A program made the position numbers and the translations under genes. The notes below the pieces were generated by a model. The model made no database searches and was not told where the DNA came from. It saw only the letters and a program-made list of their open reading frames with translations. This document shows, piece by piece, positions 8,935 to 18,551 of a DNA stretch of 64,000 nt. How positions within the stretch are numbered: the stretch's first letter is position 1; the number at the start of each line of letters is the position of its first letter. Source of the DNA: a virus (lineage: Duplodnaviria; Heunggongvirae; Uroviricota; Caudoviricetes); IMG/VR virus record IMGVR_UViG_3300035670_000138, positions 1 to 64,000 of that record. One strand, written 5' to 3'.

Positions 8935-9205
8935 TGAACAAAAAAAGGGAGAGAATCTTATAATGGATACCGTTCTTTCACTGAGAGAACAATTATGTGA
9001 TAAGATTTCGGGAATGGGTAAAAATAGCCTACAAAGAGTTATGAAATCTTGGGCTAAATTCCCTGAAACTCCAGAGATTAATAACTGGAATAAAGACGAA
9101 GTAGACGCTATTAATTTGGCTTTTAAACTAATCGATGCTCAAGTTTCAGCATCAATCATAGCAATTGGAAACAACCAATTAAACAAAGGGGAAGGAAATG
9201 AGTAA
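8918..9205 (+). CDS. hypothetical protein (95 aa)
   Basis: SD aaaggag precedes the ATG. Confidence 0.45.
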   Translation: MTMISDEQKKGENLIMDTVLSLREQLCDKISGMGKNSLQRVMKSWAKFPETPEINNWNKDEVDAINLAFKLIDAQVSASIIAIGNNQLNKGEGNE

Positions 9206-9512
9206 AGCAAAGTCAGTAGACCTTGGCACAGTCAGAAAAGGGAAGAATGGTCCGTATTTTACATTCGACACAAGTATTAAAAAAGTACAAATTACTAGAG
9301 AATTTCAAGGTAAGGACGGAACAGTTACGCAAGTATTAGAAGTTCCTCTAAACGAGAAAGGATATCTAGAGTCGGCGTTTATTAGTAAAATTGATGATTA
9401 TTTTTCTAATAAAGTTGACAGAAATTTTATGACTGCTGAAAAAGCAGAAAGTGCTAAGAAAAAATTAGCAGAAAAGGGCGTAAGCTCTATTTTCCAAGTT
9501 AAAGTAAAATAA
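9198..9512 (+). CDS. hypothetical protein (104 aa)
   Basis: SD gggaagg precedes the ATG. Confidence 0.45.
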   Translation: MSKAKSVDLGTVRKGKNGPYFTFDTSIKKVQITREFQGKDGTVTQVLEVPLNEKGYLESAFISKIDDYFSNKVDRNFMTAEKAESAKKKLAEKGVSSIFQVKVK

Positions 9513-9519
9513 CTACAAC

Positions 9520-9543
9520 GGAGGGACTTGTTCCCTCCATTTA
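9520..9543 (+). terminator. hairpin GGAGGGA-cttgt-TCCCTCC followed by ATTT; weak intrinsic terminator or RNA structure
   Basis: It is a perfect 7-bp GC-rich stem sitting between gene blocks. The following U-run is short. Confidence 0.4.
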
Positions 9544-9545
9544 AA

Positions 9546-9788
9546 ATGAAAATAAAACTAAGTAAAGAAATTGAGAAGAATTTAATATTGAAGCCTCAAA
9601 TTTTGAGACATTTTGAGACTAATGATCCGACACCTCAGAATATAGCTTCTTATTGTGCAATGGTTGGAGTTCCAATAGTTAGTACTTATTACTATTTAAT
9701 TACTGACAATAACAGAAAAGAATTGATTAAAGATTTAATTAGATTGTGCGAGTTTTACGATATGGAGGTTGATTGTGAGATTACCTAA
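9546..9788 (+). CDS. hypothetical protein (80 aa; alternative TTG start at 9528)
   Basis: ORF. The start is ambiguous because the hairpin overlaps the region just upstream. Confidence 0.35.
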   Translation: MKIKLSKEIEKNLILKPQILRHFETNDPTPQNIASYCAMVGVPIVSTYYYLITDNNRKELIKDLIRLCEFYDMEVDCEIT

Positions 9789-10041
9789 AGTCGGTGAATA
9801 TTGGAAAGGTCGAGACTTTTATGGTGAGATAGTTTCTGGTGAGGTAACTAAAGTAGGAAGTTCATATGAACCTGATATGCAATATATAAAAATAACTCGT
9901 GAAGATGTAGGTTTAGCTCTAGAATTACATTGGGTACTTGCTATTGAACCTGCATTTAGGGATTACCCCAACACTGAAATATTTCGTAAATTATATCCTA
10001 ATGGACAAGAATGTGCTAGATTTTGGAGGGTAAATGTCTAA
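9775..10041 (+). CDS. YPNG-tail family member 3 (...DYPNTEIFRKLYPNGQECARFWRVNV). GTG start
   Basis: The C-terminal module is present. SD ggagg sits 6 nt before the GTG. Confidence 0.5.
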   Translation: MRLPKVGEYWKGRDFYGEIVSGEVTKVGSSYEPDMQYIKITREDVGLALELHWVLAIEPAFRDYPNTEIFRKLYPNGQECARFWRVNV

Positions 10042-10318
10042 ATTTTACAATATAAAAATAAATACTTTAGTAGAGTGCATAGATACTTCAGATTTAATAG
10101 ATGCTGCAATTAAAGAAGGAAATAAATACATAGTATATCGTTATAATTATGATCCCTATATAGACACTGTTCACCTAAAATGTGTTATATCGGGAGAATT
10201 TTCCGGTCCTTATTTTGTTCACAGGTTTAAGTCAGTTAAATTTTATCCAAATACATCTCTTTTTAGAGAGTTGTATCCAAATGCAATTATTGAAAAAAAT
10301 TTCTTGAAAATAATTTAA
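10034..10318 (+). CDS. YPNG-tail family member 4 (...KFYPNTSLFRELYPNAIIEKNFLKII)
   Basis: The ATG follows the ggaggg embedded in member 3's tail codons. Confidence 0.5.
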   Translation: MSKFYNIKINTLVECIDTSDLIDAAIKEGNKYIVYRYNYDPYIDTVHLKCVISGEFSGPYFVHRFKSVKFYPNTSLFRELYPNAIIEKNFLKII

Positions 10319-10355
10319 AAACATTATATACTAAAAAAGACGGAGGTAAGAATTG

Positions 10356-12266
10356 ATGACATCATATTATAGAGTTTGTAACGGAGTAAAAGACAAAGGA
10401 ATATTTGTTTCAGAAGGCACTGATTTCAGTAAATATACTTCTGGAGAATTTTATGTATCGGTATTTAAGTACAATGAAGAACAAAAACAGAAATTTGAAC
10501 AAACAGGAACAGTTGCAGGAATACAAGATGTAACTGGAGATATATTATATTTTGATCTAGATTCTTCCGATCTAGAGCAAGCAAGAAAAGATACTATTAC
10601 TTTAGTAAATAGATTAGAAAAATATTTTCCCTCTGAAACTATCAATATTGCCTTGTCTGGCAATAAAGGGTTTCATGTGAGTGTTCACACTCAATCCTCC
10701 TTCAAATCAGAGGAAGCTAAGTCATTTGCAGTTAATTTATGTTCAGACTTGGCTTCTTTTGATTCTCGTATTTACAACGCAAATAGATTAATTAGAGTTG
10801 AAGGTAGTGTTCACCCTAAGACTAAACTCCGCAAAACTAGAATTAATAAGCAAGAGTTGATAAACGAGCCTATTTCGTACATGCAAGAGCTTTCTAAGGA
10901 TTTATATTCATATATTAAGCCAGTTAAAGCTAAATTAAGCAATGAAGTTATTGAGTTAATGAGTACTGTTGAAGTTAAAAAAGATGAAGTAACAATTACT
11001 GATAGTGTTGATTACTTCGCCAACCCATTACAGTTACAGCCTTGGAAGCTTGCAATTTCTCAAGGATTTTTCCCTAGCGGAACTAGAAGCGATTCATTGA
11101 TGATATTAGCTTCTACTCTAAAAAACCGAGGAATGAATGAGACACAATGTTATTACTATTTAAAAGCTGCTGCGGATTTACAGGCTACTAGGTATCAACA
11201 AGATAAATTTAGTAAAGATGAGATATGGAAAAATATCATAACTCAGGTATACAATCCTAACTGGAAAAATGGTTGTTATTCTGAAGAGAACTTTCCTGCA
11301 AAACTTAAGACATACTTCGAAGAATTAGGTATTCCTAGAAAGGAGTTTAAGGACGTTGCGGGAGAAGTCATCAAGATTGATGAACAATTCGACGACTTTG
11401 CTTCATATGCAATGGATATTGATAAATATACAATGAGATTCGGTATTCCAAGTTTAGACAAGAGACTTAAAGTAAGAAAAGGTCATCTTATCGGAATGTT
11501 AGCAGGACCGGGGGTAGGAAAGACCTCATTTGCGATAGAACTGTTAAACAATACTTCAAATGAAGGTATAAACTCAGTATTTGCATCATATGACATGTAT
11601 AAACATAATGTATACCAAAAATTAATTCAAAGGCATACAAAATATACTGAAGATGAGCTTTTTAACTTTTTTAAAAATAGAGATATGCAAAAAATCTCGG
11701 AGTTTAAGCAAATATTAACTGACAACTATAAAAATGTAGCGTTTTGTTTTAAGTCAGGACAATCAATTACTGAACTAAAAAAGACAATCAAGATGCAAGA
11801 AGAATCGACGGGCAAGAGTGTCGAGCTAGTTGTAGTTGACTATCTAGAGTTAATCCAAACAGATAAATCAGATCCTACAGCAAGTAGTGCTGAAGCTATT
11901 AATGGTTTAAGAGAAATTGCAAATGAGGGTAGAGTAGTTGTTACATTACTACAGCCTAATAAAATGAGCAGTAAGCCGGATGAGCCTATGTTAAGCTATA
12001 ATGCAGCTAAAGGTTCTTCGATGATTGCTCAAGCAGTAACTGCGATGTTTACTTGTAATAGACCGGGATATTCATCTGAAACTCCCGAGAATGATAAATT
12101 CTTCTCAATTAACTGTGTTAAGAATAGAAATGGTCCGCTATTTAGCTTAGACTTCGCTTGGGACGGTAAAACGCAAAGAATAAGCGAAATGGATAGCGAG
12201 CAAAGAGCTTGGTTAAAAATGTTAAGAGAATCTAAAATGGAGCAAGACGAGGAGGATGACATTTGA
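10356..12266 (+). CDS. primase-helicase: N-terminal archaeo-eukaryotic (AEP/PrimPol) primase fused to a DnaB-like SF4 helicase
   Basis: AEP motifs are I YFDLDSSD, II SGNKGFHVSV and III RIYNANRLIRVEGSVHPKT. The helicase has Walker A GMLAGPGVGKTS and Walker B LVVVDYLE. Confidence 0.75.
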   Translation: MTSYYRVCNGVKDKGIFVSEGTDFSKYTSGEFYVSVFKYNEEQKQKFEQTGTVAGIQDVTGDILYFDLDSSDLEQARKDTITLVNRLEKYFPSETINIALSGNKGFHVSVHTQSSFKSEEAKSFAVNLCSDLASFDSRIYNANRLIRVEGSVHPKTKLRKTRINKQELINEPISYMQELSKDLYSYIKPVKAKLSNEVIELMSTVEVKKDEVTITDSVDYFANPLQLQPWKLAISQGFFPSGTRSDSLMILASTLKNRGMNETQCYYYLKAAADLQATRYQQDKFSKDEIWKNIITQVYNPNWKNGCYSEENFPAKLKTYFEELGIPRKEFKDVAGEVIKIDEQFDDFASYAMDIDKYTMRFGIPSLDKRLKVRKGHLIGMLAGPGVGKTSFAIELLNNTSNEGINSVFASYDMYKHNVYQKLIQRHTKYTEDELFNFFKNRDMQKISEFKQILTDNYKNVAFCFKSGQSITELKKTIKMQEESTGKSVELVVVDYLELIQTDKSDPTASSAEAINGLREIANEGRVVVTLLQPNKMSSKPDEPMLSYNAAKGSSMIAQAVTAMFTCNRPGYSSETPENDKFFSINCVKNRNGPLFSLDFAWDGKTQRISEMDSEQRAWLKMLRESKMEQDEEDDI

Positions 12267-12598
12267 AAGACGACTTTGATGACTTCGGCATGATATTTAG
12301 AGATCCTGAGTATGTAGATTCTCAACAAGAGATTGCTCTACTAATATCTCAGGTAGAAAGATTGGACGATATGTCTTTATTAGACGAGATGACTGAAATA
12401 AATAGAGAAATATCAGATTATAAATTAAAAGATATTCTATTTGAATATAATACCTTCCTAAAGGAAGATAGTTATCAAAATTATATTCTTGATGATGATA
12501 ACAGAAAATATCTTGAAAATTTATATATTCTGTTTTATACTGAAATAACACTCCACGAACAAGAAGGAGCTAAATTTGTATACGAACCCAAGCTCTAA
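12263..12598 (+). CDS. hypothetical acidic protein (111 aa). TTG start
   Basis: SD ggagga sits 6 nt before the TTG. Confidence 0.4.
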   Translation: MKDDFDDFGMIFRDPEYVDSQQEIALLISQVERLDDMSLLDEMTEINREISDYKLKDILFEYNTFLKEDSYQNYILDDDNRKYLENLYILFYTEITLHEQEGAKFVYEPKL

Positions 12599-15065
12599 AG
12601 AAAAACTAATTGTCCAAGATGATAACGATTATTCCGAGTTTAAGAATTATTTATCAGGTAAGCAATATAGTTTAAATGGCACTACAATAGAAACCGATGA
12701 TTATATTATTGATCTTAATCCTAAATATCTAGATTCGTTCAAGGGAAAAAAATATGAAAATCCCATAATCTATGGCAAAGATCAGACGGAAAATATAGTC
12801 GCCGTTGAAGTAAAAGATGATAAATTGTGGCTTTTTAAGAACGATGACACTATCGAATGTAGACCCCTAGATTTGTGGATTACTTGTGCAAAAAAACCTA
12901 GCAGTAAGTGGGATACTCTCGGAGGATTTCAACATTATAGGTATATCAGACATTTTAATACTATCGAAGAATATAAAGAAACTAAGACTAAATTAATTCA
13001 AAGAAAGTTCGACTATTTCACTATAAATAATCTCGAAGAAAACGAGCTAATAACCAAAGGTATTACTTTATTTAAAGGACTCAAGGTTAACGAAGTGTCT
13101 AGACTAGGGTTCGATATAGAAGCTGACGGATTAGTGACCACTAGCAGTTCTATGGTATTTACTATAGCTAATACTTTTAGAAAAGACGGCATTGAAATCA
13201 AGAAAACTTTTAGGGTAGATCATTACGACAATAATCCTGCAGAAATGATTGATGATTGGTGCAAATGGGTTAGAGAACACAATCCAACCATAATGGTAGC
13301 ACATAATGGGTTCGGGTATGACTTGAAGTATTTAAACCATGTTGCTAAATTATATGGTACTAAGTTATATTTAGGTCGAGATGGTTCTGAAGTAACATTC
13401 TCGCATTATGCTAAAAATTACAGGTATGACGGTAACTCGTCTTGGGAATATACCGATTGTCGAGTATTTGGTCGCCATGTTGTAGATACTGCGTTTTTAG
13501 CGGTAAAATACGATATAGGTAGAAACTTCCCTTCTTGGGGATTAAAGCCTATTATAGACCATTTAGGGCTTGTTAAAGAAGGTCGTCAGTTTTATGATGC
13601 ATCTAAAATCCGTGAAAACTGGAAGAATCTAGTAGAACGTGAGAAGATTGTAGAATACTGTTCTGATGACGGTGATGACTGTTTAAATTTATATGAACTA
13701 ATGGTTCCATCTTTCTTTTATATGTGTCAGAATATACCTAAGCCGTTTCAGTTGATGTTACAAGGTGCGTCAGGTGGTTGGTTAAATAGTATGATGATTA
13801 GAGCTTATCTACAACAAGGTAAGTCTATTGCCAAGAAAAGCTCATTAGCTGAGGGTGAAAAGGTTTCTGGAGCTATTTCGTTTGGTATGGCAGGAATCCA
13901 TAAAAATGTATATAAAATCGACATTAAATCAATGTATCCTAGTATAATGCGCCAATGGAAATTGTCGGACAAGGATAAAGATCCCGATAATTATTTCTTT
14001 AATCTTGTTGAAACATTTACTTTAGAGAGGTTTAAAAATAAGGCTTTACATAAGCAAACAGGCGAGCAGTACTATGATGATATGCAGTCGTCACAAAAAG
14101 TATTTATTAACTCACTATATGGAATGTTAGGAGCTGAACTAAACTATAATAGTTATGTTAATGCAGACTTTGTAACAGGTATGGGTAGACAGATTATTCG
14201 TAAAACAATGGTTTGGGCTACAGGTAAAGATGTAGATTACTGGTTTCCTGAGTATGAATTTCCTAAAGATGTAAAATATAATAACATTCTCGATAAAATA
14301 GACTTGACAAAAACTCATAATTTTGTTATAGTAAATGCAGATACTGACTCTATCTCTTTTAGAAAGAATGATGGAGCCGAGTTTACCGAGGAAGAAATGA
14401 AATCTCTTTTAAAAGAAATAAATTCATTACTACCAGAGCTTCTTGAATATGAAGACGATGGGTACTTTGATAAAGTAGTTGTTGTAAAGGCTAAAAACTA
14501 CGTTTTAAAGCAAAAAGGTAAGGATAAGATTAAATATAAAGGATCTTCTTTAACTGACTCTAAGAAAGAACCTGCGTTAACTGAAATGTTGAAAGAAGTA
14601 ATTGAAAATTCTTTAATTCACGAAAAAGTCGACTATCTAGATATATATAATACTTATCTAAAAGAAGTAAAAGATATACAAGATATAAATAGATGGGCAG
14701 TTAAAAAGAGTATTAGTGAAAAGTTATTTGAAAGCGATCGACCTAATGAAACTAAGGTAATTGATGCTTTGAAAAATAGACCTGTTCAAGTTGGAGATAA
14801 GATATATCTATATAACGATATAGACGGACTTACTCCTGAGATCAAAAAAGGCGAGGTTGTTATTATTAAAAAAACTGGAGAGCCTAAAATGATCGAGAAT
14901 AGAGTATTAAGAATGGTCGAGGATTTTGAAGGATCATATGACATGTTCCATTATGTTGAAAGAGTATATAATACTATGAAGATTCTTGAAAATGTTATAG
15001 ATATGTCTAGGTTAACTAAATATCATCTAGTTGGTAATCAGAAAAAATTCGAGTCTTTATGTTAA
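12576..15065 (+). CDS. family-B DNA polymerase with a 3'-5' exonuclease domain. TTG start
   Basis: Exonuclease motifs are Exo I GFDIEADG, Exo II NGFGYDLKYL and Exo III YCSDDGDD. Polymerase motifs are A DIKSMYPSI, B KVFINSLYGMLG and C VNADTDSI. SD aaggag precedes the TTG. Confidence 0.85.
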   Translation: MYTNPSSKEKLIVQDDNDYSEFKNYLSGKQYSLNGTTIETDDYIIDLNPKYLDSFKGKKYENPIIYGKDQTENIVAVEVKDDKLWLFKNDDTIECRPLDLWITCAKKPSSKWDTLGGFQHYRYIRHFNTIEEYKETKTKLIQRKFDYFTINNLEENELITKGITLFKGLKVNEVSRLGFDIEADGLVTTSSSMVFTIANTFRKDGIEIKKTFRVDHYDNNPAEMIDDWCKWVREHNPTIMVAHNGFGYDLKYLNHVAKLYGTKLYLGRDGSEVTFSHYAKNYRYDGNSSWEYTDCRVFGRHVVDTAFLAVKYDIGRNFPSWGLKPIIDHLGLVKEGRQFYDASKIRENWKNLVEREKIVEYCSDDGDDCLNLYELMVPSFFYMCQNIPKPFQLMLQGASGGWLNSMMIRAYLQQGKSIAKKSSLAEGEKVSGAISFGMAGIHKNVYKIDIKSMYPSIMRQWKLSDKDKDPDNYFFNLVETFTLERFKNKALHKQTGEQYYDDMQSSQKVFINSLYGMLGAELNYNSYVNADFVTGMGRQIIRKTMVWATGKDVDYWFPEYEFPKDVKYNNILDKIDLTKTHNFVIVNADTDSISFRKNDGAEFTEEEMKSLLKEINSLLPELLEYEDDGYFDKVVVVKAKNYVLKQKGKDKIKYKGSSLTDSKKEPALTEMLKEVIENSLIHEKVDYLDIYNTYLKEVKDIQDINRWAVKKSISEKLFESDRPNETKVIDALKNRPVQVGDKIYLYNDIDGLTPEIKKGEVVIIKKTGEPKMIENRVLRMVEDFEGSYDMFHYVERVYNTMKILENVIDMSRLTKYHLVGNQKKFESLC

Positions 15066-15307
15066 AAATGAAAAAATATGTAGGACATGAGTTAGATACT
15101 GCGTTAGATCGTCGTTCTTGGTTAATTAACTATAGTAATAGCTGTATAAATGATACAATATATAGCTCTGCAGAAGAAGGACTATTAAATGATAGTATCG
15201 GAGAGGTAACTCAAAATGTTCTAAATGATTTTTATAGAAAAATAACTGAACCTGAGTTTAATTATGCAAGATATTACGGTTTAGATGAGGAAGATTTTGA
15301 AGATTAG
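15059..15307 (+). CDS. hypothetical protein (82 aa)
   Basis: ORF overlapping the polymerase stop. Confidence 0.4.
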   Translation: MLKMKKYVGHELDTALDRRSWLINYSNSCINDTIYSSAEEGLLNDSIGEVTQNVLNDFYRKITEPEFNYARYYGLDEEDFED

Positions 15308-15333
15308 GTAACAAAACGGTAAATGGGGGAATT

Positions 15334-16347
15334 ATGAACATTAAAGGAACATTCAAATTAAAAAGCTGTATAACTATTAAAGATATGGTCGAAAAACATG
15401 CTGACGGTCTAGAGGTTATTGTAAGTCCTTCAGATTTGGCCGTTCAAAATGAAACTCACTTACTTCAATTCGACTATCATTCTCCAAAAGGTGACGAGAA
15501 GAAGTATCTTATTAAAAAAGGTATATTTAACCTAGAGAAGGCATCCTCGGGGATTATATGTACTCCATTAGAAATGAAGCCTCTAAGACTACTTGATAAA
15601 AATAAAGCGTCACAAAGTATTTTAAATGAGTTTAACTTGTTTTTTAATAAACTAGATGTGTACGAAGAACTCGACCTTGTTAAGAAAAGAGGAATATTAC
15701 TATACGGTCCTCCGGGAACTGGTAAAACTGCTAATATTTCTAGAGCAGTAAATGAACTTACTAAAAACGACGATACAACTGTTATTAGTTGGAACGCATC
15801 TTCTATTAGATCTTCCGATATTCTCGACTTTTTCTCAACAGGGGTTGAATATGATACTGATGTTAAAAAGCTGATAATTATTATCGAAGATATTGGTATG
15901 GGAGTTGAGGGATATGGCGGACCTAGAGAAATCGATAGGAGCTTATTAAACTTACTAGATGGATCTGGAACGGTTGTGAAAGTTCCGACCTTGTTTATTG
16001 CAACTACAAATTATGCTCAAAATTTACCTGAACCTCTTATTAGACAGGGAAGATTTGACCAATGGGTTGAAGTATCTCCTCCTAATCCTGACGATAGAGT
16101 TGATCTATTTAAGTTTATTTCTAAGGAAGATAACCTTTCTGAAAAAGATATCGCAGTTTTAAAAGGTAAGGATCTTAATGGGTTTTCTGTTGCAGATCTA
16201 AAAGAACTGTCGATTAGATGTAGAAGAGACGGTATTACTGTATCTGAAGCGGTTAAACAATTAGCTGACCTTAAGAAGAGATTCTCTAAAGGATTCGAGA
16301 ATAAGAAAAGTGCAGGATTTATGAGATATGAAGATGACAGCTATTAA
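15334..16347 (+). CDS. AAA+ ATPase
   Basis: Walker A is GILLYGPPGTGKT, Walker B is LIIIIEDIG, and sensor/arginine-finger-like residues follow downstream. SD gggggaa precedes the ATG. Confidence 0.75.
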   Translation: MNIKGTFKLKSCITIKDMVEKHADGLEVIVSPSDLAVQNETHLLQFDYHSPKGDEKKYLIKKGIFNLEKASSGIICTPLEMKPLRLLDKNKASQSILNEFNLFFNKLDVYEELDLVKKRGILLYGPPGTGKTANISRAVNELTKNDDTTVISWNASSIRSSDILDFFSTGVEYDTDVKKLIIIIEDIGMGVEGYGGPREIDRSLLNLLDGSGTVVKVPTLFIATTNYAQNLPEPLIRQGRFDQWVEVSPPNPDDRVDLFKFISKEDNLSEKDIAVLKGKDLNGFSVADLKELSIRCRRDGITVSEAVKQLADLKKRFSKGFENKKSAGFMRYEDDSY

Positions 16348-16543
16348 AAAATTCAGCCTAGATGAAAATGAAACATACTTTGGACTTATTAAGATTACTT
16401 ATAAGAATGACGATACCGGAATAGTTAAAGCTAAAGGATTTTTCGCATATAAAAGAGGATTACTAAAAGATCAAATTGTAGAAGGTCCGAAAACATACGA
16501 ATTTCCGCTAGAAAATATGAAACATTGGAAGGAGATAAAATAA
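16328..16543 (+). CDS. hypothetical protein (71 aa)
   Basis: ORF overlapping the previous stop. Confidence 0.4.
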   Translation: MKMTAIKKFSLDENETYFGLIKITYKNDDTGIVKAKGFFAYKRGLLKDQIVEGPKTYEFPLENMKHWKEIK

Positions 16544-17034
16544 TGCCTTATCATTATTGGGGAGATGAAGATTTCGATTGGAATGCTTTATATAGTGCTG
16601 AGAAAGAAATTCGCAATATCTGTATGAAATATGCTAGAGTTTGTATTCTTTCTAAAGAGAAATATGGAACTATAAGATGGGAACATTTTGGAGTATGTGA
16701 CGATACTCTACATTCATTAACTCATCCCGGATATATGTATAGTCAATATCCTAAGTGGTTATGGAGTTTAGATCTGAAGATTAGACCTCTAAAGTTTGTA
16801 TATCCAATTATTAGATTTTGGCAAAGTTTAGTGATTCAGTATGCTTTTACTATAACTTGTTTAAAATACCCTCATATACAAAATGAAATTCTTTCAGATT
16901 GTCCTAGAGAAGTCCTACCTGTAGATCTTGCTATAAAGGCATCTACTGGTTGGTGTAATTCCTGTACTCATTGTAATAAATTGTCGAGCATTATAGAATA
17001 TGTATGTCCAAATTGCGGAAAGGAGAAAAGATGA
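16543..17034 (+). CDS. Cys-rich hypothetical protein with a C-terminal zinc ribbon (CNSCTHC...CPNCG)
   Basis: SD ggag precedes the ATG at 16543. The C-terminus carries CxxCxxC..CxxC. Confidence 0.45.
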   Translation: MPYHYWGDEDFDWNALYSAEKEIRNICMKYARVCILSKEKYGTIRWEHFGVCDDTLHSLTHPGYMYSQYPKWLWSLDLKIRPLKFVYPIIRFWQSLVIQYAFTITCLKYPHIQNEILSDCPREVLPVDLAIKASTGWCNSCTHCNKLSSIIEYVCPNCGKEKR

Positions 17035-17240
17035 CACCAGAACAATTTTGCTATTGGTTACAAGGATTAGTTGAAATAGGTAAACCTGAACAATTAAACA
17101 AAGAACAAATTCAAATTATCAAAGAACATCTAGACTTAGTATTTACTAAGGTAACTGGAGATCAAACTATAATTATTAGGGAAAATAGTCCTTGTGATAT
17201 TCAAATTCCTAATTTTCCTAAAACCGATATCTATTGCTAA
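17031..17240 (+). CDS. hypothetical protein (69 aa)
   Basis: SD aaggag precedes the ATG. Confidence 0.4.
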   Translation: MTPEQFCYWLQGLVEIGKPEQLNKEQIQIIKEHLDLVFTKVTGDQTIIIRENSPCDIQIPNFPKTDIYC

Positions 17241-17248
17241 TTAGTTGC

Positions 17249-17277
17249 TTGACATTTTCTTGGAATTGTGGTAATAT
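17249..17277 (+). promoter_or_regulatory. sigma70-like promoter: TTGACA, 17-nt spacer, TG-n-TAATAT
   Basis: It has a perfect -35 and an extended -10. It lies in a 55-nt gap ahead of the gene starting at 17296. Confidence 0.5.
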
Positions 17278-17295
17278 TATTTTGGAGGTAAGGGG

Positions 17296-17484
17296 ATGAT
17301 CGATTTAATCAAAAACTTTTTCATATTAATACTAAGATTACTTGGACTATATAGAACTAAAACTATATCTGAGAAGATTATTGACGATAAACTAGACAAG
17401 ATTAACGACAAACTGGAGGATATTGATGACCAAGATTTGGATGCTGACGAGCTTGCTGATGCTATTAATAAGCGTGACAAATAG
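17296..17484 (+). CDS. hypothetical acidic protein (62 aa)
   Basis: SD ggaggtaagggg precedes the ATG. Confidence 0.45.
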   Translation: MIDLIKNFFILILRLLGLYRTKTISEKIIDDKLDKINDKLEDIDDQDLDADELADAINKRDK

Positions 17485-17782
17485 TTTCGCTCAAGATTCT
17501 GTCGCAATTAAAAAAGGCGAACCTGCTCCGTTTTCTGGTAATCTGGTAAAAACTGAGCTTTTGCAGGAGTTTTTTAAGAGTCATCAAAAAGTACCCCTCC
17601 TAGAAGAGTCTATTGAGCTTCACAAGCAGAAACATGAGATATACAAGGAAAGTCTAAGGGAGTCTGAAAAACAGCTTTCTAGGGCTAATTTGAAGGCTAA
17701 TTTAGGCATGATTGGAGCATTTGCTCTAGGGGTAGTATTAACTGGTGTTGCAGCAAAAGCTGCGATTGAATCAACGAGGTAA
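17426..17782 (+). CDS. secreted or membrane-anchored protein with a signal peptide (MTKIWMLTSLLMLLISVTNSFAQD) and a C-terminal hydrophobic helix
   Basis: SD ggagga precedes the ATG at 17426. A signal-peptide-like N-terminus is followed by the C-terminal segment GMIGAFALGVVLTGVAA. Confidence 0.45.
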   Translation: MTKIWMLTSLLMLLISVTNSFAQDSVAIKKGEPAPFSGNLVKTELLQEFFKSHQKVPLLEESIELHKQKHEIYKESLRESEKQLSRANLKANLGMIGAFALGVVLTGVAAKAAIESTR

Positions 17783-17861
17783 AAATGAAAGACTGTACAG
17801 TATTGCTTTTAGCTTTTATTGTTATTCCACTAATTGTTGGATTATTGAACTGGAGAAACGG

Positions 17862-18068
17862 ATGAGAAGACCTCCAGAAGGTTTTGAGTTATATGTCGAA
17901 AAAGGATTTATTTTTATGTTAGTTTTAATAATGTTGGTAGTATTCTATTTTCTATTATTCAAATTTACTAAAATAACACTAATTGCAACTGGAGTTTTAT
18001 TATTAATACCTATTTCAGGTTATTTTATAGTAAAACTAGAAAAAAAGACAGGGAAGACAATACTATGA
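17862..18068 (+). CDS. small membrane protein with 2 predicted TM helices
   Basis: SD ggagaaacgg precedes the ATG. The hydrophobic segment is FIFMLVLIMLVVFYFLLF...LIATGVLLLIPISGYFIV. Confidence 0.4.
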   Translation: MRRPPEGFELYVEKGFIFMLVLIMLVVFYFLLFKFTKITLIATGVLLLIPISGYFIVKLEKKTGKTIL

Positions 18069-18268
18069 AAAAAGAATTATTAACAATTTTAGCAGTCATT
18101 CTACCGACAATATATATCATATCATTCTTTCATGGAATGAACGACGCTAACTTTAGATATATAGGGTACTGTAAGAAGAGTTCTACATATCTATTTCATT
18201 ATACAGGAATAGCTCAAGTTTACGACTTGGGATGTAAATTAGGTAGGAGGATTGATGAAGAGAAGTGA
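18065..18268 (+). CDS. small membrane protein (67 aa) ending ...IDEEK
   Basis: It has a hydrophobic N-terminus. Its stop sits inside the 19-nt junction repeat GATGAAGAGAAGTGAAATG. Confidence 0.4.
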   Translation: MKKELLTILAVILPTIYIISFFHGMNDANFRYIGYCKKSSTYLFHYTGIAQVYDLGCKLGRRIDEEK

Positions 18269-18551
18269 AATGATTCTAAATATAGCTATAGAGATGATGG
18301 GTAGACTTCCTGAATGGGAGAAACAAGAAAGGTTGAATTTTGCTGAGGAGGTACTTCAAGTTTTAGAGATAAATGGAATGTTACCTCCAAAGGATAATGA
18401 AGATTGGCTAGATTGGGTGGAGCATGAGGTGGAGAAAGAACATAAAGAAAATCATGGTTATGGAATAACAGCAAAGAGAAGACACTATGCAATAAGAGGA
18501 GCTATTCTGGCAATAAAAACTACATGGGATAACGAAGATGAAGAGAAGTGA
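18255..18551 (+). CDS. MKRSEM-family protein A (98 aa)
   Basis: It starts MKRSEM.., contains NGMLPP and has a W-rich acidic C-terminus. It is a paralog of 18538..18732. Confidence 0.45.
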   Translation: MKRSEMILNIAIEMMGRLPEWEKQERLNFAEEVLQVLEINGMLPPKDNEDWLDWVEHEVEKEHKENHGYGITAKRRHYAIRGAILAIKTTWDNEDEEK

